From positions 5,535-69,534 of the forward strand of contig CAZPCW010000002.1 of the NCBI GenBank assembly GCA_964585175.1: 64,000 nucleotides of DNA, read 5' to 3'. A model generated the notes under the pieces. The model was not told where the DNA came from and ran no database searches. It worked only from the letters and a program-made list of their open reading frames with translations. Position 1 is the stretch's first letter; each line of letters opens with the position of its first letter. Below, in pieces: positions 10,267-20,131 of this stretch. The position numbers and the translations under genes are program-made. Source of the stretch: an uncultured Thermoplasmata archaeon. Lineage in GTDB: Archaea; Thermoplasmatota; Thermoplasmata; Halarchaeoplasmatales; Halarchaeoplasmataceae.

Positions 10267-10680
10267 ATGGCTGAGACAAGTTGCCCAAACTGTGGGTCTA
10301 CTATCCCTAGCGATTCCGAAGAATGTCCTGAATGTGGAGAGAAAATAGAAGAGCAGGAGACAGTAGAAAAAGTAATGAAAACTTTGGATATGATCGATGA
10401 GGAGACCTACGAGATAAGAGAAGGGGACTCAGATTCTATTCTCAATACTATCAAGGAGCTGGGGGCCAAAAGTAAAGAGGAAGAGCTCGCCCGGAGAATA
10501 AAATCCGAAGAAGAAATGCAGGGAGGGAGCAAGGGGGAAGAAGGTGATGACTCACTCGAGCAGAGCTCTGAGGAAGAAAAGGAAGAAGAGATAATCGTAT
10601 ATGAATGTCCCATCTGTGGAAGCGAAGTGAGCGAGAACGATGAAGAGTGCCCCGAGTGTGGAGCTATCTTCGAGGAGTGA
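10267..10680 (+). CDS. Double zinc-ribbon protein with acidic linker
   Basis: 137 aa. CPNCGS...CPECG sits at the N-terminus and CPICGS...CPECG at the C-terminus. They are separated by an E/D/K-rich low-complexity region. Confidence 0.6.
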   Translation: MAETSCPNCGSTIPSDSEECPECGEKIEEQETVEKVMKTLDMIDEETYEIREGDSDSILNTIKELGAKSKEEELARRIKSEEEMQGGSKGEEGDDSLEQSSEEEKEEEIIVYECPICGSEVSENDEECPECGAIFEE

Positions 10681-10716
10681 AAATTTTTAATATTTTATCC
10701 CCTCTTCTCATCAATT

Positions 10717-11898
10717 ATGTTCGAAACAAGAGTCTTGAGTGATCTGAGTAAAAAAGAAGTTGAACGATTGCTGATAGAGATGGGGTGTGATGAAAAGGGG
10801 GTAGAGATAATGGCCCCCAAATCAGACGTTCTTCTAGTGTATGCGAAAAATCTAGATCCAAGAGCAGCCAATATAGTAAAACAGGAATTTTTATCATCGG
10901 GTGGAGAGGCCGCGGTTCCCTGGGAAGCTTTGGATCTGTCGGGAGATAAAAGCGATATCCTGATGATGGGTACCCAGGTACATTACGAAAGGGTAAAAGA
11001 AAAACTGAAAGACCAGCCTTTCGATCTTTCCGTTTTGGCGGACGAGATAGATGAATCGATAAAACATCATTATTCTAAAGCTTCATTACCTTGGGATCAC
11101 GATGGATGCGAAGTCATGGGTATATTGAATGTCACTCCCGATTCTTTTTACGACGGAGGGGAACATAATCAGGTCGATGAAGCGGTAGAAGAAGGGATCA
11201 AGATGGCTGAAAACGGTGCCGATATAATAGATATCGGCGGCGAAAGCACCAGACCCGGAAGCGACAGGATATCAGTCGAGGAAGAACTCGAGAGGATCGT
11301 ACCCGTGATAGAGAAACTCACGGAAGAAATTGAGGCCCCCATCTCCGTTGATACCTACAAGCCTAAAGTTGCGGAAAAGGCCGTGAAAGCCGGCGCATCG
11401 ATAGTGAATGACGTTTTTGGATTGAGGAGAGATGGGATGGCCGAAAAAATTGCAGAGCTAGACGTACCTGTCATAATCATGCACATGCAGGGAAAGCCCA
11501 AGGATATGCAGGACGGTCCTCAGTACGAAGACGTTATCGGAGATATCTCTTCTTTCTTTTTGGAGAGAGCGGAATTCGCTAAAGAGAAGGGCGTTAAAGA
11601 AGAGAACATAATGATCGATCCCGGTATAGGTTTCGGAAAGAAGCTGGAGCATAATCTAGAGATAATCGATCGTTTAGACGAGTTCACTTCACTGGGATAT
11701 CCGGTATTGTTAGGTGCCTCACGAAAAAGTTTCCTCGGTCAAATCTTGGATAAACCGGCAGAAGAACGGTTGTTTGGTTCCTTAGCCGTCGCCGCTGCAG
11801 GTGTGGATAAGGGAGCGTCTATTTTGAGAGTCCACGATGTGGAGGAAACTATAGACGTTGTGGGCACGATAGAGAGTATAAATAGTTACTATAAGTGA
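10717..11898 (+). CDS. folP: Dihydropteroate synthase-family protein with ~120-aa N-terminal extra domain
   Basis: 393 aa. The C-terminal ~270 aa carry the pterin-binding DHPS signature (ILNVTPDSFYDGG, DIGGESTRPG, GIGFGK). The N-terminal domain was not recognised. Confidence 0.8.
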   Translation: MFETRVLSDLSKKEVERLLIEMGCDEKGVEIMAPKSDVLLVYAKNLDPRAANIVKQEFLSSGGEAAVPWEALDLSGDKSDILMMGTQVHYERVKEKLKDQPFDLSVLADEIDESIKHHYSKASLPWDHDGCEVMGILNVTPDSFYDGGEHNQVDEAVEEGIKMAENGADIIDIGGESTRPGSDRISVEEELERIVPVIEKLTEEIEAPISVDTYKPKVAEKAVKAGASIVNDVFGLRRDGMAEKIAELDVPVIIMHMQGKPKDMQDGPQYEDVIGDISSFFLERAEFAKEKGVKEENIMIDPGIGFGKKLEHNLEIIDRLDEFTSLGYPVLLGASRKSFLGQILDKPAEERLFGSLAVAAAGVDKGASILRVHDVEETIDVVGTIESINSYYK

Positions 11899-12020
11899 AA
11901 AACTAGAATCTCATTAACATGGTAGACAGGACAAATCCATTTATATCCGGTCATCTATAGCTTGATTTGATACAATAAAACCGCCGTTTCGGCGGAAAAA
12001 TAGACTTTGACGTGATATAG

Positions 12021-12560
12021 ATGCTGACCTTGGTCTTGGCAGATTGTGAGATAGAAGTTAGCCCCGATAAGATAGATAGCTATGATTTTAGACCGGACAT
12101 GGTCCACTATCCTCTTTTACTGACCCAAGATTCCGGTTTAGCTGAAGAGAGAGAGCTGAGAACTATAGTTCATACCAGAGACGATAAAATTTTTCAATTC
12201 GAAGCCGACGGCGAGATCCCAGATTCGTTAGAAAAGTTCAAGAAGTTGTTGTTGAATGTTGACCAGGGAAACGCTCCTCAAGGCATCCGTAAATTGGACA
12301 ATAGTCTTTTCGAGGTTTTAGACGAACAGTTCGGTGAAAAGATAGTAATGACTCCTAAAGGCAAAAGGGCCGATCCTACAGATATGTTTTCCCGAACGGA
12401 AGATTATATCGTCGTAGTCGGAGGGTTCAGTAGCGGTGACTTCAAATCGCCGGTATACCGCTGGAGCGATAAAAAAATTTCAGTCTCAGAGAGAAAGATG
12501 AAACCTTGGTCAGTGACCGCAGAAGTCCTAGTAGGCTACAGATACTGTTCACTCGAATAG
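12021..12560 (+). CDS. nep1: Ribosomal RNA small-subunit methyltransferase Nep1/Emg1 (SPOUT)
   Basis: 179 aa. Resemblance to archaeal Nep1 from memory: N-terminal LVLADCEIEV, VVVGGFSSGDF (vs IIGGFPYGKL) and C-terminal WSVTAEVLVGYRYCSL. Confidence 0.6.
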   Translation: MLTLVLADCEIEVSPDKIDSYDFRPDMVHYPLLLTQDSGLAEERELRTIVHTRDDKIFQFEADGEIPDSLEKFKKLLLNVDQGNAPQGIRKLDNSLFEVLDEQFGEKIVMTPKGKRADPTDMFSRTEDYIVVVGGFSSGDFKSPVYRWSDKKISVSERKMKPWSVTAEVLVGYRYCSLE

Positions 12561-13409
12561 CTTCGCCACATTACTGTCGAAAGGTACGTCCATGGAATCA
12601 GAAACGGGTCTGCACTTGCTTCTAGTCAAGAATGCTATAGGGGAGTAACTGGTCTCGGAAAAAGCTTCCCAGTTGGCCATGCCCTTCGCTATGATAAGAT
12701 CGGAATCCTCGAGCTTTTTTCTCAAATTATCAGAGATCAGATCGAAGTTTACACCGACAGCGTAGCCTCCCGTTGTTGTTAGTTCATCAGCTATTTTATC
12801 TATATCTAGTTCTAAAGCTTCTGACATAGTGGCGTCGGTCAGGATGGGTTCACCTTTAACGACCACCATCAAGTCGATATCATACTCTTTCAACTTTTCG
12901 AGCAGTATAGTATCGAAAACTATCTCTCCGGCGTTGTCAGTGAAGAAAACTATTTCATCTCCGTTTTCGAGAATATTTTCGATGCGGTCGGTGTCATCAT
13001 ACCCTAGACCTTCTTCTACGATAGACTCGAATTCGTCGAGTAGATATTCCGGAGAACCTATATCGTCCCTATAACCGAAATCCATAACGTTGCCGGCTAT
13101 AGCTACTAGAAAAGCCTCTTTCAGACCGCCATCCCTGACTATCTTTTCAGCTTTGGGAAGCAATGTTTCTGCGGTTTCGTTGCTCTCCTTCTTCATCTCA
13201 GAATAGGGATCGTCGGTGCCGAGTATATCATAGACCTCTCGGTGAACTTTTGTGGCGACTTCCGCTGAGACCGCACCGTCTTCAAAATGTTCCTCAAGTA
13301 TGGAAAGCGCTCGATCTATGACTTCTCTTTCTTTGTCCTCATCGACGAGTTTAGATTCGAATCGGCAACGCTTCAAAAGACAGGGAACGCACTCGGGCTG
13401 TATTTCCAA
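12549..13409 (-). CDS. DUF89/ARMT1-like damage-control phosphatase family protein
   Basis: 286 aa. The N-terminal CVPCLLKR motif, IAGNVMDFG, and the overall pattern fit Pfam DUF89. Confidence 0.6.
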   Translation of the reverse strand: MEIQPECVPCLLKRCRFESKLVDEDKEREVIDRALSILEEHFEDGAVSAEVATKVHREVYDILGTDDPYSEMKKESNETAETLLPKAEKIVRDGGLKEAFLVAIAGNVMDFGYRDDIGSPEYLLDEFESIVEEGLGYDDTDRIENILENGDEIVFFTDNAGEIVFDTILLEKLKEYDIDLMVVVKGEPILTDATMSEALELDIDKIADELTTTGGYAVGVNFDLISDNLRKKLEDSDLIIAKGMANWEAFSETSYSPIAFLTRSKCRPVSDSMDVPFDSNVAKLFE

Positions 13410-13736
13410 TTATAATTCCCCGCTGGCCAACTTTTCGTTAATCTCTTCCGAATTAAGATGACCTTCTACAGTGATGTCCACACTGTCTTCGTCAAGCCCA
13501 TCCATTCCCGCAAGACTCTTTTTTATCTTGACCGCGAGTTGGACTCCCATAGGACAGAAAGGACTGCTAGGAGTGAACGTAAGACTGACCTTATCTTCTC
13601 CTGCTTCTAAATCTGATACCAAACCCATAGAATAAACATCCGTACCTGTCTCGGGATCCATCACCGTTTTTAGCCTTTCCACGACTTCTTCTTTTTCTGG
13701 CATGGTTATGACCTCAATATATCCTTTAGTGTACAA
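13410..13736 (-). CDS. DUF59/MIP18-family Fe–S assembly protein (SufT-like)
   Basis: 108 aa. VVERLKTVMDPETGTDVYSMGLV...PFCPMG is the characteristic DUF59 signature with its conserved Cys. Confidence 0.7.
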   Translation of the reverse strand: MYTKGYIEVITMPEKEEVVERLKTVMDPETGTDVYSMGLVSDLEAGEDKVSLTFTPSSPFCPMGVQLAVKIKKSLAGMDGLDEDSVDITVEGHLNSEEINEKLASGEL

Positions 13737-13826
13737 GCAAGAATAAAAGACGTATATAAATAACGGGGTTATTATCCCTAAAATTGAACCGAAGTTTTTA
13801 TTAATTATCTACTAGAATCAACTCAT

Positions 13827-14714
13827 ATGAGCGGTTCAACCGATGTTCAAAGTCAATTGGCAGAAAAGCGCTTCAAATTGACTAGAGTGGGAGTTACGGG
13901 TGTAAAAAAACCCATCGTGGTCAAGAGGCCCTGGGGAAAAGTAACGCTCAATGCAACTATAGATATATATGTGGACTTGCCGTCGGATCAGAAAGGTTCT
14001 CACATGTCTAGAAACGTTGAAGTGACTGGAGAAATCGTCGATAAGACGGTGAGAGAACCGGTAGAGGGTCTAGAGAACCTTGCATCTCACATGTGCGATA
14101 TTCTGCTGGAAAAGCATGAATACGCTTCTTATTCTGAAGTCGATATAAAGGGAGATTATTTTTTAGAAAAAAAGTCACCAAAGGGAAGAACCAGTCTAGA
14201 GAATTACCAGATAAGAGCTAAAGCTGAAGGCAAGAGAGACGATAAAACCAGGAAATACATCGGAGTAAAAGTAGTCGGACTCAACACTTGCCCGTGTGCT
14301 ATGGAAGGTGTTCGAGAGAAATTCAAAGAGAAATACGACTCGGTAAGCGACGAGTTGGATGAGATGCCAGTCATTACTCATAACCAGAGGAACGAATCCA
14401 CGGTTATGGTTGAGGTGCCGCAGGGAAAAGAAGTGGAAGTAAATGATCTGATCGGCCTAGTAGAAGATTCGCTCTCTTCACCGACCCACGAGATCCTAAA
14501 AAGAGAGGATGAAGCCGAGGTCGTGATGCAGGCGCACGAGAATCCAAAATTCGTAGAAGACGTAGTAAGAGAGATCCTATCCAAGATATTGGAGAGATAC
14601 GATGATTTCCCAGACTCCACTCACGTAGAAGTCAAAAGTGAGAGCGAAGAATCCATCCATAAGCACAACGCTCTAGCGGAGAGAGTGACGACCTTCGGAA
14701 AATTGAGAGAGTGA
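13827..14714 (+). CDS. mptA: GTP cyclohydrolase MptA (FolE2/type IV family)
   Basis: 295 aa. GVTGV, the GSHMSR motif, and NTCPCA are typical of FolE2/MptA. Confidence 0.8.
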   Translation: MSGSTDVQSQLAEKRFKLTRVGVTGVKKPIVVKRPWGKVTLNATIDIYVDLPSDQKGSHMSRNVEVTGEIVDKTVREPVEGLENLASHMCDILLEKHEYASYSEVDIKGDYFLEKKSPKGRTSLENYQIRAKAEGKRDDKTRKYIGVKVVGLNTCPCAMEGVREKFKEKYDSVSDELDEMPVITHNQRNESTVMVEVPQGKEVEVNDLIGLVEDSLSSPTHEILKREDEAEVVMQAHENPKFVEDVVREILSKILERYDDFPDSTHVEVKSESEESIHKHNALAERVTTFGKLRE

Positions 14715-14715
14715 T

Positions 14716-15429
14716 CTATTTTCTCGCTCTCAATTCGTATATCGCGCCGGACTCGACTTTTCTATCTTCCGTAGAATCCATTATATCTCCCAGCTCTTTC
14801 TTCAATGATTTCTGGAGCTGATCCGACTCTATTTCGTCTATCTTTTCTTTAATCAATGTTTCGTGCTCTCTTAGCAGATCCGGAGGCCAAGGGACGGGTT
14901 CCAATAAGTTGAAAGTCTCAATATTTTGAAAATCTAAAGATTCGAGCTCTTTCTCTAGAACCTCAGGATGGAACTCTTCAAGATGACCCTCGCCGAGTAG
15001 CTCGGCGACCGCATTCTCTAATCTCCAAAGTTCGATATGTGATCGATCTAGAGGAGCCGAAGAGCTTTCCTCTTTGAATGGGTAGTAGTCAATTATTATC
15101 AAGACCCCTTTCTCTTTAAGGATCCTTTCAAATTCACGGAAAACCGAGGTTATTATGATATCTTTATTTTCAGAGAGAGCACTGACTAAAAAATTACAGA
15201 CAATATAATCAAAACTTTTGGGATTTAAAGATTTCAAATCGGATAGATCTGCTCTCAAAAATTGTGCAGTTTCTGTCTGCTCACGACACTCTTTCAAGTA
15301 TTCCTTATCGATATCGATTGAAAGGACGTCCGCGTCATTCTTTTCAAGGTATTTTGTCATACCGCAGGCGCCCGTACCCGCATCGAGAATTTTTTTACCT
15401 TCTAGGTCTATGCCTTTTAGTTTCTCCAT
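14716..15429 (-). CDS. Class I SAM-dependent methyltransferase
   Basis: 237 aa. A glycine-rich SAM motif ILDAGTGACG is followed by an acidic-loop D(I/L)D. Confidence 0.7.
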   Translation of the reverse strand: MEKLKGIDLEGKKILDAGTGACGMTKYLEKNDADVLSIDIDKEYLKECREQTETAQFLRADLSDLKSLNPKSFDYIVCNFLVSALSENKDIIITSVFREFERILKEKGVLIIIDYYPFKEESSSAPLDRSHIELWRLENAVAELLGEGHLEEFHPEVLEKELESLDFQNIETFNLLEPVPWPPDLLREHETLIKEKIDEIESDQLQKSLKKELGDIMDSTEDRKVESGAIYELRARK

Positions 15430-15574
15430 ATTTAGATATCCAACCGAGATGATTTTAATAATTTCCCCATAATTAAGCAGATATTATCTTGAATATAGCC
15501 ATTTTAACCATAACTCTTATATCTCAATCCCATTATTTGCATACAGATTAAGATTTAATTTCAAGGGGATTATC

Positions 15575-16312
15575 ATGTTAAACGCTGAAATCAAGTCAGA
15601 TGTGTTAAAAGAGTTGGTCGAGATAGTCGGAACTATTGTGGACGAAGTGAAGATCAATCTCGACGAGGACGGATTATCTTTGAAAGCTGTAGACCCCGCT
15701 CACGTAGCTATGGTAGACTTGAGCTTAGATAGCGATGGGTTCGAAAGTTTCGAGGCGGAACAGACTGAGTTGGGCATCAACCTGAATAAAGTAGAGAAAT
15801 TTCTCAAATTGTCGGGTTCCGGAGATATGATCTATCTCAGTCATGACGAAGAGGATAATAGGTTGAATATGGAAGTTAACAATATTACTCAAAAGATGCC
15901 TCTGCTCGATACCGCCGGGATGACGGATCCCAACGTTCCAAGTTTGGACCTTCCCATAAGCATGAGGATAAAAGGTGAACACCTCTTGAACGGCGTTAAA
16001 GCCTCCGAAAATATTTCCGATCATATCTCTATCACCGCAAATCCAGACGGTTTCGAGATATTTTCTGAAGAGGATGAAAACTCGGTTAAGATGTCTCTGG
16101 GTGAAGATGACCTAGAAGAATTGACGGCGAACGAAGAGGTCAAATCACTTTTCGCGCTAGATTATTTCTCGGACATGGTTAAGTGCGTTTCGAAAAATGC
16201 CATGTTGGACATAGAATTGGGTGCGGATTACCCGATCAAGATACAGTTCGGTTTCGCCGAGGGCAGCGGAAACGTGAGGTATCTTTTAGCACCGAGGATA
16301 GAAAGTAGCTAG
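15575..16312 (+). CDS. pcn: DNA polymerase sliding clamp PCNA
   Basis: 245 aa. Size, two-domain periodicity and N-terminal pattern are typical of archaeal PCNA. Confidence 0.8.
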   Translation: MLNAEIKSDVLKELVEIVGTIVDEVKINLDEDGLSLKAVDPAHVAMVDLSLDSDGFESFEAEQTELGINLNKVEKFLKLSGSGDMIYLSHDEEDNRLNMEVNNITQKMPLLDTAGMTDPNVPSLDLPISMRIKGEHLLNGVKASENISDHISITANPDGFEIFSEEDENSVKMSLGEDDLEELTANEEVKSLFALDYFSDMVKCVSKNAMLDIELGADYPIKIQFGFAEGSGNVRYLLAPRIESS

Positions 16313-16438
16313 ATTGAAAACCTCCTAAGAACTTTTTCTCTTTTTTTAATCCTGTATTTTCCATTAATTTAACCTTCTTAAATTATTTTATAGGTTTATT
16401 ATGCAAAAAATAAAAATAGTTCGGAGAGATTATATGAT

Positions 16439-16891
16439 TTGATGGAGATATACGGTATAGCTCTGATAGCGGCAGGAATAATATTGTTCGTACTCGAAGC
16501 TACAGATCCTGGATTCTTTATCGCTATTCCGGGAGGGGTTTTAGTTACCTTGGGATTTATCGCTTTAGCTTTTCCGGGATTATTGTTCACTGTTTGGACA
16601 CCCCTTGCTGTAGCGATAGTTGTTCTACCGCTAATGTTTCTTTCGATGAGGTATTATCAGTACATATCTCCTCCGTCGAAACCGACTACTACTATGACCA
16701 CCTCCTTAAGGGATCAAAAGGGTCAGGTGGTCAAGAAGGTACATCCGGATAATATCAGTGGGAAAGTAAAGGTCAATAACGAATTATGGAGCGCAACGGC
16801 CGACGAGGAGATAGAAGAAGGAGAAAAAGTCGTGATAACCGAGGCAAAAGGCGTACACTTGGTTGTTAAAAGAACAGAAAAAAGAAATTAA
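16439..16891 (+). CDS. NfeD-family membrane protein (OB-fold C-terminus)
   Basis: 150 aa. N-terminal TM helices precede a C-terminal soluble β-domain. It is immediately upstream of an SPFH/stomatin gene, the conserved NfeD–stomatin pairing. Confidence 0.75.
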   Translation: MMEIYGIALIAAGIILFVLEATDPGFFIAIPGGVLVTLGFIALAFPGLLFTVWTPLAVAIVVLPLMFLSMRYYQYISPPSKPTTTMTTSLRDQKGQVVKKVHPDNISGKVKVNNELWSATADEEIEEGEKVVITEAKGVHLVVKRTEKRN

Positions 16892-16921
16892 AAAAATAGA
16901 AAAATTTGATATGGTGAAAAT

Positions 16922-18157
16922 ATGTTAGAAGCTTTGGGATTGCAGGTAGCTGGAGGATCGATTGGATGGATAGTGGCATTGGTGATAATCGTTATCATCT
17001 TTGCCGTCGTCGCGGGTAGAACCGCTTTTTGGATCATCCAACCGTATGAACAGGGTATATGGATAGTACTTGGTAACTTCAGAAGGACATTGGAACCGGG
17101 TGTCAATATCGTTCATCCGTTCATCTCCAACGTTATCAAGATAGATCTTCGTACTCAAGTACTAGACGTCCCCAGACAGGAAGTGATCACTAAGGACAAT
17201 TCGCCGACTAACGTCGACGCTATAATCTATATCAAGGTGGTAGACGTCGAGAAAGCCTACTTTGAAGTGACAAACTACAAAGCCGCGACGATCAACCTTG
17301 CCCAGACGACGTTGAGATCGGTAATAGGTGATATGGAACTGGACGAGATACTTTACAATAGGGAAAGGATCAACACCCATTTGAGAGAAGTGTTAGATGA
17401 GGCTACTGATGCATGGGGAGTCAGAGTAGAATCGGTAGAGATCAGAGAAGTTGATCCAGTTGCTCAAGTGAAGGATGCGATGGAAGAACAGACCGCGGCG
17501 GAAAGAGAAAGAAGAGCCGCTATATTGAGAGCTGACGGTAAAAAACGTTCGGCGATCTTAGAAGCTGAAGGTAACAGGAGATCCAAGATACTTAACGCGG
17601 AAGGTAAGAGACAGAGTAGAATACTGAACGCCGAAGGTACGAGGATGAAAAAGATATTGGAAGCACAGGGTGAAGGCCAGCGCTTAAGAGTTCTTTCTCT
17701 CGGCGCGAATACGTTGGACGAGAAGGCATTGACTTATCTCTCTCTAGACACTCTCAAGAACATGTCCGACGGAGAAGCTACGAAGATACTCTTCCCATTC
17801 GAAGTCACCAAATTGATGGAAGGCGCTTCGAATTACCTAGGTGCCTCAAGACAAGTACCGAGTAGAGAGCCCACCGATATAGATTCACTAGAAGACATAG
17901 TCGGTAAAGCCGATGATATCTTAGGAGAGATACCTGGAAGGTCAGAGATGAAAGAGAAGATAGACCAGATTGAGAAGAAAGTCAAGGAAGAAGGAGACAA
18001 GGATAGGAAGGAAGTCAAAAAAGAGGCCGAAAAAGACGCTAAAGAAGTGCTTGAAGATGTCAAGGGAGAACTCGGAGAAGACGAAATTGAAGAGACAGAA
18101 ATAGAAGATACCGACGTCGGAACTTGGAGAGAAGAAGACAAGGAAGAAGAAGAGTAA
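16922..18157 (+). CDS. SPFH/band-7 (stomatin/prohibitin-family) protein with repetitive charged C-terminal tail
   Basis: 411 aa. An N-terminal TM is followed by an SPFH domain. There is an 11-aa AEG-x-R-x-S-x-IL repeat ×5 and a K/E-rich tail. Confidence 0.85.
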   Translation: MLEALGLQVAGGSIGWIVALVIIVIIFAVVAGRTAFWIIQPYEQGIWIVLGNFRRTLEPGVNIVHPFISNVIKIDLRTQVLDVPRQEVITKDNSPTNVDAIIYIKVVDVEKAYFEVTNYKAATINLAQTTLRSVIGDMELDEILYNRERINTHLREVLDEATDAWGVRVESVEIREVDPVAQVKDAMEEQTAAERERRAAILRADGKKRSAILEAEGNRRSKILNAEGKRQSRILNAEGTRMKKILEAQGEGQRLRVLSLGANTLDEKALTYLSLDTLKNMSDGEATKILFPFEVTKLMEGASNYLGASRQVPSREPTDIDSLEDIVGKADDILGEIPGRSEMKEKIDQIEKKVKEEGDKDRKEVKKEAEKDAKEVLEDVKGELGEDEIEETEIEDTDVGTWREEDKEEEE

Positions 18158-18176
18158 AACCTTATCATTCCAAAAA

Positions 18177-18196
18177 CCATTTTTCTTTTTTTAATC
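18177..18196 (+). terminator. Oligo-T archaeal terminator candidate downstream of stomatin gene
   Basis: TTTTTCTTTTTTTAAT lies immediately after the stop at 18157. Confidence 0.3.
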
Positions 18197-18362
18197 TCTT
18201 TGAAAATGATGATCGATAAAATTGAGTTCCAATGATGATAGAGTACATAAACAAAAGCGGACGAGCGGTATGAGCGGTATACTCAAAACGGGTGAATTTT
18301 ACCTTGAAAATCGGGAAAAAGTAAATTATGGTGGAAAACAAATGCAGTTAAGTGGATAATCG

Positions 18363-18794
18363 ATGGTCGAAGAAGCAAAAAATTCATCAAAAATCACGAT
18401 AAAAGGTAAAGAATTATCCAAAAAGACGATAGAGATCTTGATGGGAGAAAAAGGTGCGGAGGAACTGAAAGAGGAATGGCTCCCTGTCGCACAAGCCATC
18501 GAGAGACCCGACGAGCTACCGTTCCTGGTTTCAAAGATATTGGAATTAGAAAAAACTAAAGAATTGAGAAAGGCACTTTTGAGAGTGCAGATAAACGCCC
18601 AATTGAAGAGAGATCAAGATCTCAACTTTTATAAAAAACAGCTTTTCGCCGCCACAACCATCGAGATACTGCTTTACAAGAGACTAAGATTGAAGTCTAG
18701 AGCGAAAAGAAAGAAGAAAACTGAAGAAAAGGAAGAATCGGGTAAAACCCCAGAAGAAAAAGAGATGGGTGATGATGGGGATCAATCTTCTTGA
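18363..18794 (+). CDS. Hypothetical charged protein
   Basis: 143 aa ORF with coding-like composition. No motif was recognised. Confidence 0.4.
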   Translation: MVEEAKNSSKITIKGKELSKKTIEILMGEKGAEELKEEWLPVAQAIERPDELPFLVSKILELEKTKELRKALLRVQINAQLKRDQDLNFYKKQLFAATTIEILLYKRLRLKSRAKRKKKTEEKEESGKTPEEKEMGDDGDQSS

Positions 18795-20131
18795 TCCACA
18801 ATCTCTTCGACGATCTCCGCCGACCTGCCCACGTATTCTTCGGGATCGAATACGATCTCTAGCTCTTTTTCACTAGTGGCTTCCATGACCTCTTCTTTCT
18901 CAGATAGGACCTCCTTAAGTGGTTTCTCTTCAGCTCTAGCTTTCATCGAGGATTCTCGCATTATCTCGTGGGCTTCCTGTCTGCTCATTCCCTTTTCGGT
19001 CAGATGGATCATAGCCGCTTCCGCCATGACCAGGCCGTCGCTCATCTCTATATTTTCCATCATATTCTCTGGGAAAACTTCGAGGTTCCTGAACAATGTT
19101 TCACTCTTGCTCAATATGTCATCTAAAAGTACGAGAACATGAGCTACAGTGATCCTCTCCGAAGATGAGTTGGTCAGATCTCGTTCGTGCCACAAGATGT
19201 TGTTCTGATAGGTAGGCGTTACGAAACCTCTGAGAGTTTTAGCCAAACCGCATATGTTTTCGGCTAGAATAGGATTCTTTTTATGGGCCATGGTAGAACT
19301 TCCTACCTGTTTTTCCGTCTCGAAAGATTCCGCCGCCTCCATTATTTCGGGTCGCTGAAGATTTCGAACCTCTAGTGAAAACTTCTGAAGTGAAGCTGAA
19401 ACGTTTGCGGCTAATGATACGAGTTCCGCGTACCTGTCTCTGCCCACTATTTGGCCGGTAGCTTTGTCTACATTCAATCCTAGATCATCCATCACCAGCT
19501 GCTGGATATCTTCCGCGTCATCACCGAAAGCGGCTCCGGTACCGACTGCACCGCTCATCTTCCCGACAAGAACTCTGTCTTTTGCTTCTTCCAACCTCTC
19601 TATATGCCTCTGAATCTCGGAAGCGTAGACCGCCATCTTCAATCCGAATGTCATCGGTATAGCGTGCTGACCGTGAGTCCTACCTATCATGACTGTATCT
19701 TTATGCTCTTTAGCTCTCTCGGAGAGCGTAGAATTCAATTCTCGAAGATCTTTCTCTAATATTCCTATGGCTTCTTTGAGCTGTAAAGCCATGCCGGTAT
19801 CTATTATGTCGTTGGAGGTAGCTCCTAGGTGGATGTATTTTTCCGCATCACCGCAGTGTCTTCCGAGGACCTTCACGAGGGCCATGATGTCGTGCTTAGT
19901 TTCCTCTTTTTCGACCCTCTCGACTTCTTCCCAGTCGACGATCTCGGTCGTAGCGTTCTCGGTGATCGTTTCGGCAGATTCTTCGGGCACGTTTCCAAGT
20001 TTTGAATGCGCTCTAGCCAATGCCGCTTCAACTTTCAACAGCTTATCCGTTTTGTTTTCTTTACTGAAAACAGACTTCATCTCCTTTCTACCGTAACGAT
20101 AGTCTAACGGGCAAACCAGCATATATCTCAC
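18782..20131 (-). CDS. purB: Adenylosuccinate lyase
   Basis: 449 aa. N-terminal LDYRYGRKEMK, the fumarate-lyase signature GSSxMxxKxN (GSSTMAHKKNP) and overall length fit. Confidence 0.9.
   Translation of the reverse strand: MRYMLVCPLDYRYGRKEMKSVFSKENKTDKLLKVEAALARAHSKLGNVPEESAETITENATTEIVDWEEVERVEKEETKHDIMALVKVLGRHCGDAEKYIHLGATSNDIIDTGMALQLKEAIGILEKDLRELNSTLSERAKEHKDTVMIGRTHGQHAIPMTFGLKMAVYASEIQRHIERLEEAKDRVLVGKMSGAVGTGAAFGDDAEDIQQLVMDDLGLNVDKATGQIVGRDRYAELVSLAANVSASLQKFSLEVRNLQRPEIMEAAESFETEKQVGSSTMAHKKNPILAENICGLAKTLRGFVTPTYQNNILWHERDLTNSSSERITVAHVLVLLDDILSKSETLFRNLEVFPENMMENIEMSDGLVMAEAAMIHLTEKGMSRQEAHEIMRESSMKARAEEKPLKEVLSEKEEVMEATSEKELEIVFDPEEYVGRSAEIVEEIVDQED

Noticed and set aside
16888-17158. 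Minus-strand ORFs (72 and 77 aa) overlapping the NfeD/stomatin junction
   Set aside because: They overlap strongly supported plus-strand genes. There is no start context and no motifs.
18200-18260. Possible C/D-box sRNA (two TGATGA boxes 20 nt apart)
   Set aside because: No matching CTGA D/D' boxes occur at the required spacing and there are no terminal complementary ends. It is probably chance occurrence in an AT-rich intergenic region.
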